A stretch of DNA of 62,976 nucleotides. Origin: an uncultured Ilumatobacteraceae bacterium. Lineage in GTDB: Bacteria > Actinomycetota > Acidimicrobiia > Acidimicrobiales > Ilumatobacteraceae. Positions 1-8,679 of the stretch are shown here, in pieces; positions within the stretch are counted from its first letter, which is position 1; every line of letters begins with the position of its first letter. Position numbers and translations under genes: made by a program. The notes under the pieces were generated by a model that searched no databases, was not told the origin of the DNA, and saw only the letters and a program-made list of their open reading frames with translations. The stretch spans positions 1 through 62,976 of the forward strand of contig CAYMUC010000002.1 in the NCBI GenBank assembly GCA_964393535.1, written 5' to 3'.

Positions 1-604
1 CGCCGGGTTTGGAGAACTTCCACAGGGCGAAATCGGCCGGATGCCGCTTCTCGGCAGCCCCAAGCACCTCGCGGTCACCGCCGCCCGCCATCATGTCGTC
101 CAGACTCTGATGTGCCAGCAAGCCGTAGTCGGGTACGGCCTCCACCGCCAGGTACACGCCGTCGCTGGTGGCGTACGCCGCATCGCGGGCCACCAACTCG
201 CCGATCATGGCGACCATCTGGTCGACGTACTCGGTGGCGTGAGGCACATCATTGGGGCGCTGTACCCCCAGGCCCTCCATGGCCTTGAACCACACCCGCT
301 CACAGCGGTCGGTGATGTCGGTCCACGGACGCTCCTCACGACTTGCCCGGTCGATGATCTTGTCGTCGATGTCGGTGATATTCGACACCAGGCGCACCTC
401 GAGGCCCGTCCATTCCAGGTAGCGGCGCAGGATGTCGTACACCAGCGTCGCTCGCCCATGGCCCAGGTGAGGGGGCCCGTACACCGTGGGCCCGCACAGG
501 TAGATGCCCACCTTGCCGGGTTCGCGCATGGCGAGGGGACGGACCTGCTGGGTGGCACTGTCGTACAGGTGGAGCACGACGAGCAAGCCTACGCGCGCAC
601 CCAT
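1..604 (-). CDS. cysS: Cysteine--tRNA ligase, N-terminal part (gene runs off the window)
   Basis: Not in the ORF track. Minus-strand translation from ATG 604 (alternative GTG 577) reads ...LYDSATQQVRPL..IYLCGPTVYGPPHLGHGRATLVYDILRRYLEWTGLEVRLVSNITDIDDKII...ADFALWKFSKPG. It has the class-I HIGH motif (HLGH). The NITDIDDKII and DFALWK blocks are typical of CysRS rather than MshC. Confidence 0.9.
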   Translation of the reverse strand, partial: MGARVGLLVVLHLYDSATQQVRPLAMREPGKVGIYLCGPTVYGPPHLGHGRATLVYDILRRYLEWTGLEVRLVSNITDIDDKIIDRASREERPWTDITDRCERVWFKAMEGLGVQRPNDVPHATEYVDQMVAMIGELVARDAAYATSDGVYLAVEAVPDYGLLAHQSLDDMMAGGGDREVLGAAEKRHPADFALWKFSKPG

Positions 605-623
605 TGCGTAGCCTGACGGACCT

Positions 624-3200
624 ATGGCGAACGTCCCCGACAAGCCCACGCTCGATGGTCTGGAACCCCGTTGGATCGAGGCGTGGGAGGCCGACGGCGT
701 GTACCACTTCGACGCCACCGCCACCCGGGACCAGGTGTTCGCCATCGACACCCCGCCTCCCACGGTGTCGGGCTCGCTGCACATGGGGCACGTGTTCTCC
801 TACACCCACACCGACACCCTGGCCCGCTTCTGGCGTATGCGCGGCAAGGCCGTGTTCTACCCCATGGGCTGGGACGACAACGGTCTGCCCACCGAGCGCC
901 GGGTGCAGAACTACTTCGGAGTGCGCTGCGATCCGCACGTCGCCTACCAGCCCGGCTTCGAGCCGCCGTTCCGGGGTGCGCCGCCCAAGGACCATCAACC
1001 GGTGCCCATCTCGCGACCCAACTTCATCGAGTTGTGTGAGGAGCTCACCGCCGAAGACGAAAAGGTGTTCGAGGATCTGTTCCGGCGCCTCGGTCTGTCG
1101 GTCGACTGGCGCCTGCTCTACACCACCATCGAAGACCGCGCCCGCCGAGTGAGCCAGCGAATGTTCTTGGAGAACCTGGCCGCCGGGCAGGCCTACAGCC
1201 AGGAAGCCCCCACCCTGTGGGACGTCGACTTCCGCACGGCCGTGGCCCAGGCCGAACTCGAAGACCGCGAGCGCCCGGGCGCCTATCACCAGTTGGCGTT
1301 CCACCGCACCGACGGCGGCGGCGACATCCTCATCGACACCACCCGGCCCGAGTTGTTGGCGGCCTGTGTGGCCCTGGTGTGCCATCCCGAGGACGAGCGC
1401 TACAGCGCGCTGGTGGGTTCCACGGTACGCACTGCGCTGTACGGGGTGGAGGTGCCGGTGGTGGCCCATCCGTTGGCTCAGCCCGACAAGGGCACCGGCG
1501 TGGCGATGATCTGTACCTTCGGCGACCTCACCGACGTGATCTGGTGGCGCGAGTTGAACCTGCCCACTCGGGCGATCATCGGCCGCGATGGACGCATGCT
1601 GGCGGACCCGCCCCAGGGTCTGGACAACGAGGCGGGCATGGCTGCCTATGCCGCCATCGCTGGGTTGTATGTGAACCAGGCCCAACGCAAGGTCGTCGAG
1701 CAACTCACCGAATCTGGCGAAATGCTGGGCGAGCGCCGCCCCCTCGTACATCCTGTGAAGTTCTTCGAAAAGGGCGATCGCCCTCTCGAGATCGTCACCA
1801 GTCGCCAGTGGTACATCCGCAACGGTGGCCGCGACGGCGAGCTGCGAGCCGAGCTTGTAGCCCGGGGCAACGACATCACCTGGCACCCAGAGCACATGCG
1901 TCACCGCTATGTGAACTGGGTCGAGGGCCTCAACGGCGACTGGCTGATCAGCCGTCAGCGGTACTTCGGCGTGCCCATCCCGGTGTGGTACCCCCTCGAC
2001 GCCGAGGGGCAGCCCATCCACAGCCAGCCGCTGGTGCCAAGTCTCGACCGACTGCCCATCGACCCGTCCACCGACGTGCCCCACGGCTACACGGCCGACC
2101 AGCGTGACGTGCCCGGTGGGTTCACCGGCGACCCCGACGTCATGGACACATGGGCCACGTCGTCGCTGACCCCACAGATCGCCGGCCATTTCGACGACGA
2201 TCCCGAGCTGTTCGCCCGCGTGTTCCCCATGGATGTGCGACCACAGGGTCACGACATCATTCGCACCTGGCTCTTCTCGACCGTGGTGCGCAGCCACTTC
2301 GCCCACGACACCGTGCCGTGGCGCCATGCGGCGTTGTCAGGGTGGATCCTCGACCCCGACCGCAAGAAGATGTCGAAGTCCAAGGGCAACGTGGTCACCC
2401 CCATCGACCTGTTCGATGCCCATGGCTCCGACGCCGTGCGGTACTGGGCCAGCAGTGCCCGACCCGGCGTCGACACCGCCTTCAGCGAAGACCAGATGAA
2501 GGTGGGCCGCAAACTGGCCAACAAAGTGTTGAACGTGACGAAGTTCGTTCTGGGGTTCGGCGCGCAGCCCACCGACGCCAACCTCGGGTCGGTCGTCACC
2601 GATGCCGTCGACCGGGCCATGCTGGCACGCGTCGCGGCCACCGTCGCCGAAGCCACCGAAGCCTTCGAAGCCTTCGACTACGCCCGCGCACTCGAGCGCA
2701 CCGAGGCGACGTTCTGGTGGTTCTGCGACGACTACGTCGAGTTGGTGAAGGGCCGTGCCTACGGGTCGCAAGGACCCGAGCGGACCGCCTCGGCTCTGGC
2801 CGCCCTGGGTGCGGCACTCAGCGCCTTCCACCGACTGTTCGCCCCGTTCATGCCCTTCACCACCGCCGAGGTGTGGAGTTGGTGGCAGACCGGGTCGGTG
2901 CACCTGGCTACCTGGCCCACCGCAGCCGAGTTCGGGGCTGCGCTCGACAAGGCTGACGCAGGCGTGCTGGACCCCGTGTGTGAGGTGATGGCACAGGTGC
3001 GCCGCGCCAAGACCGAGGCCAAACTCTCCCAGCGTGCCGGTGTGGAGATGCTGGTGGTGAGGGGACCTCAGGCGGTCCTGGACCAGGTACGTCTGGGCCT
3101 GCCCGATCTGCGGGATGTCGGCAGTATCGCCGCCGAGCGTTTCGAGGTGGCCGACGAACTGCGCTGCGAGGTCACCCTGGCCCCCGCCGAGGCTCAGTGA
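624..3200 (+). CDS. valS: Valine--tRNA ligase
   Basis: 858-aa ORF with a HIGH-type motif (HMGHVFSYTHTD) and KMSKS (KMSKSKGN). Length and architecture fit the actinobacterial-type ValRS. Confidence 0.95.
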   Translation: MANVPDKPTLDGLEPRWIEAWEADGVYHFDATATRDQVFAIDTPPPTVSGSLHMGHVFSYTHTDTLARFWRMRGKAVFYPMGWDDNGLPTERRVQNYFGVRCDPHVAYQPGFEPPFRGAPPKDHQPVPISRPNFIELCEELTAEDEKVFEDLFRRLGLSVDWRLLYTTIEDRARRVSQRMFLENLAAGQAYSQEAPTLWDVDFRTAVAQAELEDRERPGAYHQLAFHRTDGGGDILIDTTRPELLAACVALVCHPEDERYSALVGSTVRTALYGVEVPVVAHPLAQPDKGTGVAMICTFGDLTDVIWWRELNLPTRAIIGRDGRMLADPPQGLDNEAGMAAYAAIAGLYVNQAQRKVVEQLTESGEMLGERRPLVHPVKFFEKGDRPLEIVTSRQWYIRNGGRDGELRAELVARGNDITWHPEHMRHRYVNWVEGLNGDWLISRQRYFGVPIPVWYPLDAEGQPIHSQPLVPSLDRLPIDPSTDVPHGYTADQRDVPGGFTGDPDVMDTWATSSLTPQIAGHFDDDPELFARVFPMDVRPQGHDIIRTWLFSTVVRSHFAHDTVPWRHAALSGWILDPDRKKMSKSKGNVVTPIDLFDAHGSDAVRYWASSARPGVDTAFSEDQMKVGRKLANKVLNVTKFVLGFGAQPTDANLGSVVTDAVDRAMLARVAATVAEATEAFEAFDYARALERTEATFWWFCDDYVELVKGRAYGSQGPERTASALAALGAALSAFHRLFAPFMPFTTAEVWSWWQTGSVHLATWPTAAEFGAALDKADAGVLDPVCEVMAQVRRAKTEAKLSQRAGVEMLVVRGPQAVLDQVRLGLPDLRDVGSIAAERFEVADELRCEVTLAPAEAQ

Positions 3201-3234
3201 CCGAACCCAGTCGAGGCACACGGACCACTAGGGT

Positions 3235-4518
3235 TTGCTCTCCGTGAGCCGGCGATCCTCCCTTCGCCGCACCTGGCCGCAACGCCTGGTGCTGGCCTTG
3301 AACGTGGTGGTGGCGCTGACCTGCTTCGGAACAGCCGCACTGGTGGCCATGGCCAACGAGAGGGTCAGCGATCGCCAAGTGGTGACCGTCACCCGCTCAC
3401 AGCCCGACGACCTCTTGGCGGGCCTGGCCGAGTTGACCGGGTCATCGGTGCCCGATGCGTCGAGCGAGTCGGGACCGCTTCCCGACCTGGAAGTGGTGGA
3501 CGGCGCAGCCCAGAACTGGCTGGTGACCGGTATCGACAACGGTGACTGCGTGGACGAGGGCGACCTGCCCGACGCAGACATCGGCGACCGGTCGCAGTTG
3601 GGCGAGCGCACCGACACGATCATGATCATCCGGGTGGATCCGGGTAACAACCAGGCCGCCATCTTGTCGTTCCCTCGAGATCTCTGGGTGAAGTTGGCCG
3701 GCACCAACCGGGAGGGCCGCATCAACACGGCATGGCAGGGCAAGGATCCCAGCCGCCTGGTGCAAACCATCGAGCAGACCTTCCTCATCCCCGTCGATCA
3801 CATCGTGAGTGTGGACTTCTGCGCGTTCAAGGCCATCGTCGCCGCCGTAGACGGCGTGAAGGTGGCCTTCGATGCACCGGTTCGCGACCGGGCGGTCGGC
3901 TTTCAGATTCCCGCCGCCGGTTGCTACGCACTCGGCCCCGACGAGGCGCTCGACTACGTCCGTAGCCGCAAGTACCAGACCCAGGACGCGTCGGGGAAGT
4001 GGGTCGAAGATCCGGCGTCGGACCTCGGACGCATCTCGCGCCAGCAGGACTTCATCCGCCGCACGGTGCAGCGCGCCTTCGACAAAGGGGCCCGTGATCC
4101 TCGCGTGGCATGGGATCTGCTGAATGCGGCCATCGACTACGTGATCACCGACGACGCCACCACCCCGCGGGGACTGCTGAGCCTGGGCCAGGCCATGCGC
4201 AACCTCGACCCCGCACAGATCGCCACCTACACCGTGGAGTGGAGGTCCATGGAGGTGTCGGGCAACCTGGTGCTGGAGCCCCGGCTGAAGACCGACTCGA
4301 TGAAGCAGATCCTGGCGCTGTTCCGCGGTCAGGCCCTGTTGGCCAACGCCCCCGAGCAGGCACCCGACGCCGTGGGCGAGGACGGCACGCCGAGCACCAC
4401 CACCGCCCCGGAGACCACCTCGAGCACGCCAGCGGCCACCGACTCGACCCTGCCCACCGTGGCGCCGGAACAACGTCAGTACGGCGTGGTTCCCGTGGAC
4501 GATCCCGACTGCCGCTGA
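3235..4518 (+). CDS. LytR-CpsA-Psr (LCP) family cell-envelope phosphotransferase
   Basis: N-terminal TM anchor (LVLALNVVVALTCFGTAALVAMA). LCP core blocks RTDTIMIIRVDP and ILSFPRDLWV. Ser/Thr/Pro-rich tail. Start is TTG 3235 or GTG 3244. Confidence 0.85.
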   Translation: MLSVSRRSSLRRTWPQRLVLALNVVVALTCFGTAALVAMANERVSDRQVVTVTRSQPDDLLAGLAELTGSSVPDASSESGPLPDLEVVDGAAQNWLVTGIDNGDCVDEGDLPDADIGDRSQLGERTDTIMIIRVDPGNNQAAILSFPRDLWVKLAGTNREGRINTAWQGKDPSRLVQTIEQTFLIPVDHIVSVDFCAFKAIVAAVDGVKVAFDAPVRDRAVGFQIPAAGCYALGPDEALDYVRSRKYQTQDASGKWVEDPASDLGRISRQQDFIRRTVQRAFDKGARDPRVAWDLLNAAIDYVITDDATTPRGLLSLGQAMRNLDPAQIATYTVEWRSMEVSGNLVLEPRLKTDSMKQILALFRGQALLANAPEQAPDAVGEDGTPSTTTAPETTSSTPAATDSTLPTVAPEQRQYGVVPVDDPDCR

Positions 4519-4528
4519 GCCGCCGCTG

Positions 4529-4945
4529 TCACGCCACGATTCGGACGTCGTCGGCACGCTCGACGAACCGAATGAGGTCGTCCGGATCGGTGGTGAACAC
4601 CACCGAGGGAGTCCGCCGAGCCGCCTCGGCGACCACGACGGCGTCGATCGTGTCCGAGCGTCCTGCAATGGCCAATCGCCGTCCAGCATCGCGTGCGACC
4701 GCTTCTGCAAGGGGCACGACCTGATCGACGGACGCAAGCACATGATTCACCGGTGCATCGCGAGGACCCTTCCCTCGGACGGTCTCGGCAACCACCACTG
4801 CTGGCACCACGATCTGCGCTCCCTTGCTGCGCATGACGCGCAGTCGATTACGCCAGCGTTCGTCGCCTCGGGCGATGCTGATCACGACTCCCGCATCGAG
4901 GACGACCGTCAGCTCGGCCAATCTTTCGTCAGGTCGGCGAACCAC
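4529..4945 (-). CDS. vapC: PIN-domain toxin (VapC-like)
   Basis: 138-aa ORF with PIN acidic residues in the expected order (VVLDAGVV, VVAET, DAVVVAEA, TTDPDD). It overlaps the upstream antitoxin stop. Start is GTG 4945 or TTG 4921. Confidence 0.7.
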   Translation of the reverse strand: MVRRPDERLAELTVVLDAGVVISIARGDERWRNRLRVMRSKGAQIVVPAVVVAETVRGKGPRDAPVNHVLASVDQVVPLAEAVARDAGRRLAIAGRSDTIDAVVVAEAARRTPSVVFTTDPDDLIRFVERADDVRIVA

Positions 4946-5148
4946 TCGTCAGCCTCCCTCTGGCTCGCTTCGCTGGTCTGTCCGAATCGCTCATCGAGCT
5001 CGTCCAACATCTCCATGACGGCATCACGACGAAGGCGGCGTCGCAATGCCTCGACGACGTAGGACGACACCTCGCCGCTCGGGACCTGTTTCCGGAGGTC
5101 CTCGAGGACGTCGGGATCGATCGTGATGGTGATTCGCTGCTGCGCCAC
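4909..5148 (-). CDS. Ribbon-helix-helix (CopG/VapB-like) antitoxin
   Basis: The track ORF 4909..5268 is trimmed to GTG 5148 because the long form runs into the VWA gene. The N-terminus VAQQRITITIDPDVLEDLRKQV is RHH-like. It sits directly upstream of, and overlaps, the PIN gene. Confidence 0.6.
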   Translation of the reverse strand: MAQQRITITIDPDVLEDLRKQVPSGEVSSYVVEALRRRLRRDAVMEMLDELDERFGQTSEASQREADEWFADLTKDWPS

Positions 5149-5176
5149 AGAACGATCATACCCAGAGTATGACCGC

Positions 5177-6115
5177 TCAGCCGGAGGGGTCGAAGAGCAG
5201 TGCCAGTCGTTCGGGCACCGTCGACGGGGCGTCGGGATCGAGCGTGACGAGCCGGGCTCCCACCGCATCGGCCAACTGCCGGGCCTCGGCGTCGTCGGTG
5301 GCGGGTGCCAGGATCAGCAACTCGTCCAGGTCCCGAGCCGCGGTGACGACATCACCAGGGACGTTGGCACGGCAGTCAGACATGAGCACGGTGACCTTGC
5401 GAGTCGCCGTGCTGCGACGCAACTGCTCGGCCGCCGCTCGTAACACCCCGGCCACATCGGTGGTGCCGTGGCCGCGCAGTGCCAGCACGTCACTCACCAC
5501 CGACTCCACCGGACGGGCCACGTCCTGTGAGCGCACCACGATGACTTCGGAACTGAACGCCAACACACTGGCGTCGTCGGGCGCCCTCCACGTCACCGCC
5601 GCTGCCGCCAATGCCGAGGCCGCCAACGGCGCACCGCCCATGGAGCCACTGCGGTCCACACACATGGCGACTGCCAGCGTCGGTCGAGCCCAGGTGCGCA
5701 CCTTCAAGTCGTGCGGATCCAATGCCCGATTGCCAGCACGGGCTTCCACCACGGCCTCCAGGCTGGCCTCGAGGTCCAAGTCGCCGCCGGCATCGCGCCA
5801 GGGGCGGGTGGCCAACCGGCCCACGGCTCGACGCGGCGCAGCGCCACCTACGCGAATGAGGTCGAGAGCCAGTCGTCCGGCCAGGCGTCGCGCCAACTCG
5901 GCGAGGCGGCGATCCGTCGCCGAGGACATCTCTGCCAGCAACGCCAACAGTGCATCAGGGTCGTCACCGAAGGCCTCCTCGACGGTGGCCTCGTCGATCT
6001 CCCCCACTTCGGGAGAGATCTGCTCGAACCCTTCGTGACGGGCGAGTTCCCGCCGCGACACCGTGCGCTTGGAGGCCTCGGCCACCGCCTGTTCGGCGGC
6101 AGCACCTTCCTTCAC
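5177..6115 (-). CDS. von Willebrand factor A (VWA) domain protein
   Basis: 312 aa with a MIDAS-type motif (CVDRSGSMGG, later GHGTTD). Its start overlaps the upstream AAA+ gene stop by 4 nt. Confidence 0.8.
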   Translation of the reverse strand: MKEGAAAEQAVAEASKRTVSRRELARHEGFEQISPEVGEIDEATVEEAFGDDPDALLALLAEMSSATDRRLAELARRLAGRLALDLIRVGGAAPRRAVGRLATRPWRDAGGDLDLEASLEAVVEARAGNRALDPHDLKVRTWARPTLAVAMCVDRSGSMGGAPLAASALAAAAVTWRAPDDASVLAFSSEVIVVRSQDVARPVESVVSDVLALRGHGTTDVAGVLRAAAEQLRRSTATRKVTVLMSDCRANVPGDVVTAARDLDELLILAPATDDAEARQLADAVGARLVTLDPDAPSTVPERLALLFDPSG

Positions 6116-7089
6116 GACGGGTGGTGGGCCAGCCCCTTCGGGGCGAGGGCTTTTCCCGCCCCACCCCCCTGGTCGTTGCGCTGCGCATCGGCATCAGCAT
6201 CGTTCGCGTCATCAGGCACGCGGAACACATCGGTCCAGAGTTCGGTGATGATGTCCTCGGCCGTTCGCGACGTTCCCTCCCGCACCCGCACCCGCCCCGA
6301 CAACGCCACCAGCGCAGCGTCCAGGCACACGTCGCCGTGCTGCGGCGGCAGGTCACGCAGGTCGGCCAGCGACGCCGCCATGGCCGCCATGTCGATGGCT
6401 CCTCGCACCGAGGACCCGATGCGCAGGTCGGGGTGGTGGCGAGTACGGCGCACCAACTCCACCGCGCAGTCGAGCCACCGACCGTCCACCGCCACGTCGG
6501 TGAGGCGGTCACCCACCTCACGCTGCACGATGGCGCATTCCTCGGCCGCCGACTGGTACCCCACCGACAGCCGACACACCCGGTCGTACACGGCGCCCGA
6601 GATACGGGCCGTTCCGACGGCATCGAACGGGTTCATGGCCGCCACCAGGCGAAAGCCCGGCTCGGCAGTCACGCGACCCAGTCGCGGCACGTTGAGTTCG
6701 CCTTCGCTCATCACCGTGATGAGCACATTGAGGGTCTCTTCAGGGATGCGGTTGATCTCCTCGACGTACAGCAGCGAACCCGCTCGAAGTGCCGCCACCA
6801 ACGGTCCGTCCACGAAGACGTCGGGGTCGTACCCACTGGTGAGCACCCGCGCCGGGTCGAACGTGCCGATGAGTCGGGCGGGGGTCAACTCGGCGTTGCC
6901 CTCCACCAGTTCGAACCCGATGCCCAACTCGCGCGCCACGGCCCGCAGCAGGGTGCTCTTGCCCGTACCGGGCGGACCTTCGATGAGCACGTGGCGCCCG
7001 GCGGTGATGGCCGCCACCACGAGTTCCAACTCGCGGCGGCGACCCACCACCTGACGTTCGAGGCGGGCGACCAGATCTCGGTCGGTCAC
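6112..7089 (-). CDS. MoxR-like AAA+ ATPase (AAA_5 type)
   Basis: Walker A (LIEGPPGTGKST) and Walker B (LLYVEEINR). Track ORF trimmed to GTG 7089 (VTDRDLVARLERQVVGRRRELE), 7 nt after the ADH stop. Confidence 0.85.
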   Translation of the reverse strand: MTDRDLVARLERQVVGRRRELELVVAAITAGRHVLIEGPPGTGKSTLLRAVARELGIGFELVEGNAELTPARLIGTFDPARVLTSGYDPDVFVDGPLVAALRAGSLLYVEEINRIPEETLNVLITVMSEGELNVPRLGRVTAEPGFRLVAAMNPFDAVGTARISGAVYDRVCRLSVGYQSAAEECAIVQREVGDRLTDVAVDGRWLDCAVELVRRTRHHPDLRIGSSVRGAIDMAAMAASLADLRDLPPQHGDVCLDAALVALSGRVRVREGTSRTAEDIITELWTDVFRVPDDANDADADAQRNDQGGGAGKALAPKGLAHHPS

Positions 7090-7096
7090 GAAACGA

Positions 7097-8209
7097 TCAG
7101 TCGTAGACCAACACGCCGCGGATGTTCTCACCGTTGCGCATGGCCTCGTAGCCGTCGTTGACGCCTTCCAGTGGATAGGTGCGGGTGACGAGACCATCGA
7201 GGTCCAACTGGCCCTCGCGGTACAGACCGAGCAACTTGGGGATGTCGGCGCGAGGGTTGCCCGAACCGAACAGCGAACCCACCACCTGCTTCTCCATGAG
7301 CGTGAGATCCAGCAGGCTCACGTTGGCCGACATCTCCATGGCGGGATGAATGTTCGTCACCACCACACGGCCCCGCTTGGCGGCGAGCGCCAGTGCCTCG
7401 GCCATGACCGAACCCGAACCCACACCCATGGTCATGATGACCTTGTTGGCCATGGTGCCCCACGTGATCTCCTGCAACAGCGGCAGGGCCTCGGCCATGG
7501 AGGCCGCCGTGTGCGTGGCGCCGAACTCCATGGCCTTCTCACGCTTGAACTCCACGGGGTCGACGGCCACGATGCGCTTGGCGCCGGCGAGGCGGGCACC
7601 CTGGATGGCGTTGGCGCCGATACCGCCGATACCCACCACGACCACGGTGTCGCCAGGAGTCACCTCGGCGGCGTACACCGACGAACCCCAACCCGTCACC
7701 ACACCGCAACCCAGCAGGCAGGCGCGATCGAGAGGAACGTCGTTCTCGATCTTGATGCACGAGGCTTCGTTCACCACGGTGTGATGCGAGAACGTGCCCA
7801 ACAGACACATGAGACCCAGGTCCTTGCCCTGTGCGTGGTGGCGCGAGGTGCCATCGGTGAGCTGCAGGCCAAGGCCCATGAGCGCACCGAGGTCGCACAG
7901 GTTCTGATGACCGGTGGAGCAACTGGGGCAACGGCCACACGACGGGATGAACCCGAACACCACGTGATCACCAGGGGCCAACCACGACACACCGGGGCCC
8001 ACCTCCTGCACAACGCCGGCACCCTCGTGCCCACCGATGATGGGCAGAGCGAAGGGGAGATCGCCAGTGACGAGGTGCTCGTCGCTGTGGCACATGCCAG
8101 AGGCGGCAAGTTTCACCAGCACCTCGCCGGGACCGGGGGGATCGAGTTCGATCTCCTCGACGCTCCACGGAGCGTTCAGTTCCCACAACACGGCAGCCTT
8201 CGTCTTCAT
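7097..8209 (-). CDS. Zn-dependent alcohol dehydrogenase, NDMA-dependent/nicotinoprotein-like (typical mycofactocin-locus ADH)
   Basis: Trimmed to ATG 8209 (MKTKAAVLWELNAPWSVEEIELDPP), which is preceded by GAGGGGG. Zn-ADH motifs GMCHSDEH and GHEGAGVV. Divergent from mftA. Confidence 0.9.
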   Translation of the reverse strand: MKTKAAVLWELNAPWSVEEIELDPPGPGEVLVKLAASGMCHSDEHLVTGDLPFALPIIGGHEGAGVVQEVGPGVSWLAPGDHVVFGFIPSCGRCPSCSTGHQNLCDLGALMGLGLQLTDGTSRHHAQGKDLGLMCLLGTFSHHTVVNEASCIKIENDVPLDRACLLGCGVVTGWGSSVYAAEVTPGDTVVVVGIGGIGANAIQGARLAGAKRIVAVDPVEFKREKAMEFGATHTAASMAEALPLLQEITWGTMANKVIMTMGVGSGSVMAEALALAAKRGRVVVTNIHPAMEMSANVSLLDLTLMEKQVVGSLFGSGNPRADIPKLLGLYREGQLDLDGLVTRTYPLEGVNDGYEAMRNGENIRGVLVYD

Positions 8210-8285
8210 ACCGGTACCCCCTCGGTCGGTCGAGATCCTGCGAGCACTGTAACCCTGATGCCGTCGTCGTGGGTACGCTCGTGGC

Positions 8286-8399
8286 ATGGAGACCGCAGCC
8301 GCCACCGAACACGACACCACCACCGCCGACGAGGTGCTGGTGGAAGAAGAACTGCTGATCGAGGAGATCTCGATCGACGGGATGTGCGGCGTCTACTGA
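8286..8399 (+). CDS. mftA: Mycofactocin precursor peptide MftA (37 aa)
   Basis: Too short for the ORF track. I translated it directly: METAAATEHDTTTADEVLVEEELLIEEISIDGMCGVY*. It has the canonical C-terminal IDGMCGVY and ends 1 nt before mftB. Confidence 0.95.
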   Translation: METAAATEHDTTTADEVLVEEELLIEEISIDGMCGVY

Positions 8400-8400
8400 G

Positions 8401-8679
8401 ATGGCCGTGGCACTGGACACGGCGCTCGAGTTGCACCCGCAAGTGGCGCTGCGACCCGAGCCGTTCGGAGCGCTCGCCTATCACTACGAGAACCGCCGTC
8501 TGGTGTTCCTGAAGCACCCCGACGTGGTCGCCGTGGTGTCGGCACTGGCCGATCACCGCGACGTCGCCGCCACCCTCGCCGCCTGCGAAGTCGCCCCCCA
8601 ACGGTGGCCTTCGTTCCTCACCGCCCTGTCGTCCCTCGAATCATCGGAGATCCTGCGTGAGCGTCCCCGCCCTGACTGA
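8401..8679 (+). CDS. mftB: Mycofactocin chaperone MftB (PqqD-like RiPP recognition element)
   Basis: 92 aa, lying between mftA and the radical-SAM gene. PqqD-like block: RPEPFGALAYHYENRRLVFLKHPDVVAVV. Confidence 0.9.
   Translation: MAVALDTALELHPQVALRPEPFGALAYHYENRRLVFLKHPDVVAVVSALADHRDVAATLAACEVAPQRWPSFLTALSSLESSEILRERPRPD

Noticed and set aside
336-2327. 663-aa minus-strand ORF antisense to valS, and the smaller nested ORFs in 41..3221.
   Set aside because: It is a GC-rich shadow ORF. The translation is Arg/Gly/Ala/Pro/His-rich and low in complexity, with no motifs. The plus-strand frame carries unambiguous ValRS motifs.
4909-5268. 119-aa long form of the RHH antitoxin ORF.
   Set aside because: Its first 40 codons overlap the 3' end of the VWA gene and look like read-through. 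GTG 5148 gives an 79-aa protein beginning with the RHH beta-strand (QQRITITID).
8211-8277. Imperfect inverted repeat GGTACCC ... GGGTAC in the ADH/mftA intergenic region, considered as a possible operator.
   Set aside because: The arms are only 6-7 nt and about 50 nt apart. The left arm overlaps the ADH ribosome-binding region (GAGGGGG on the minus strand). That is too weak to call a regulatory site.
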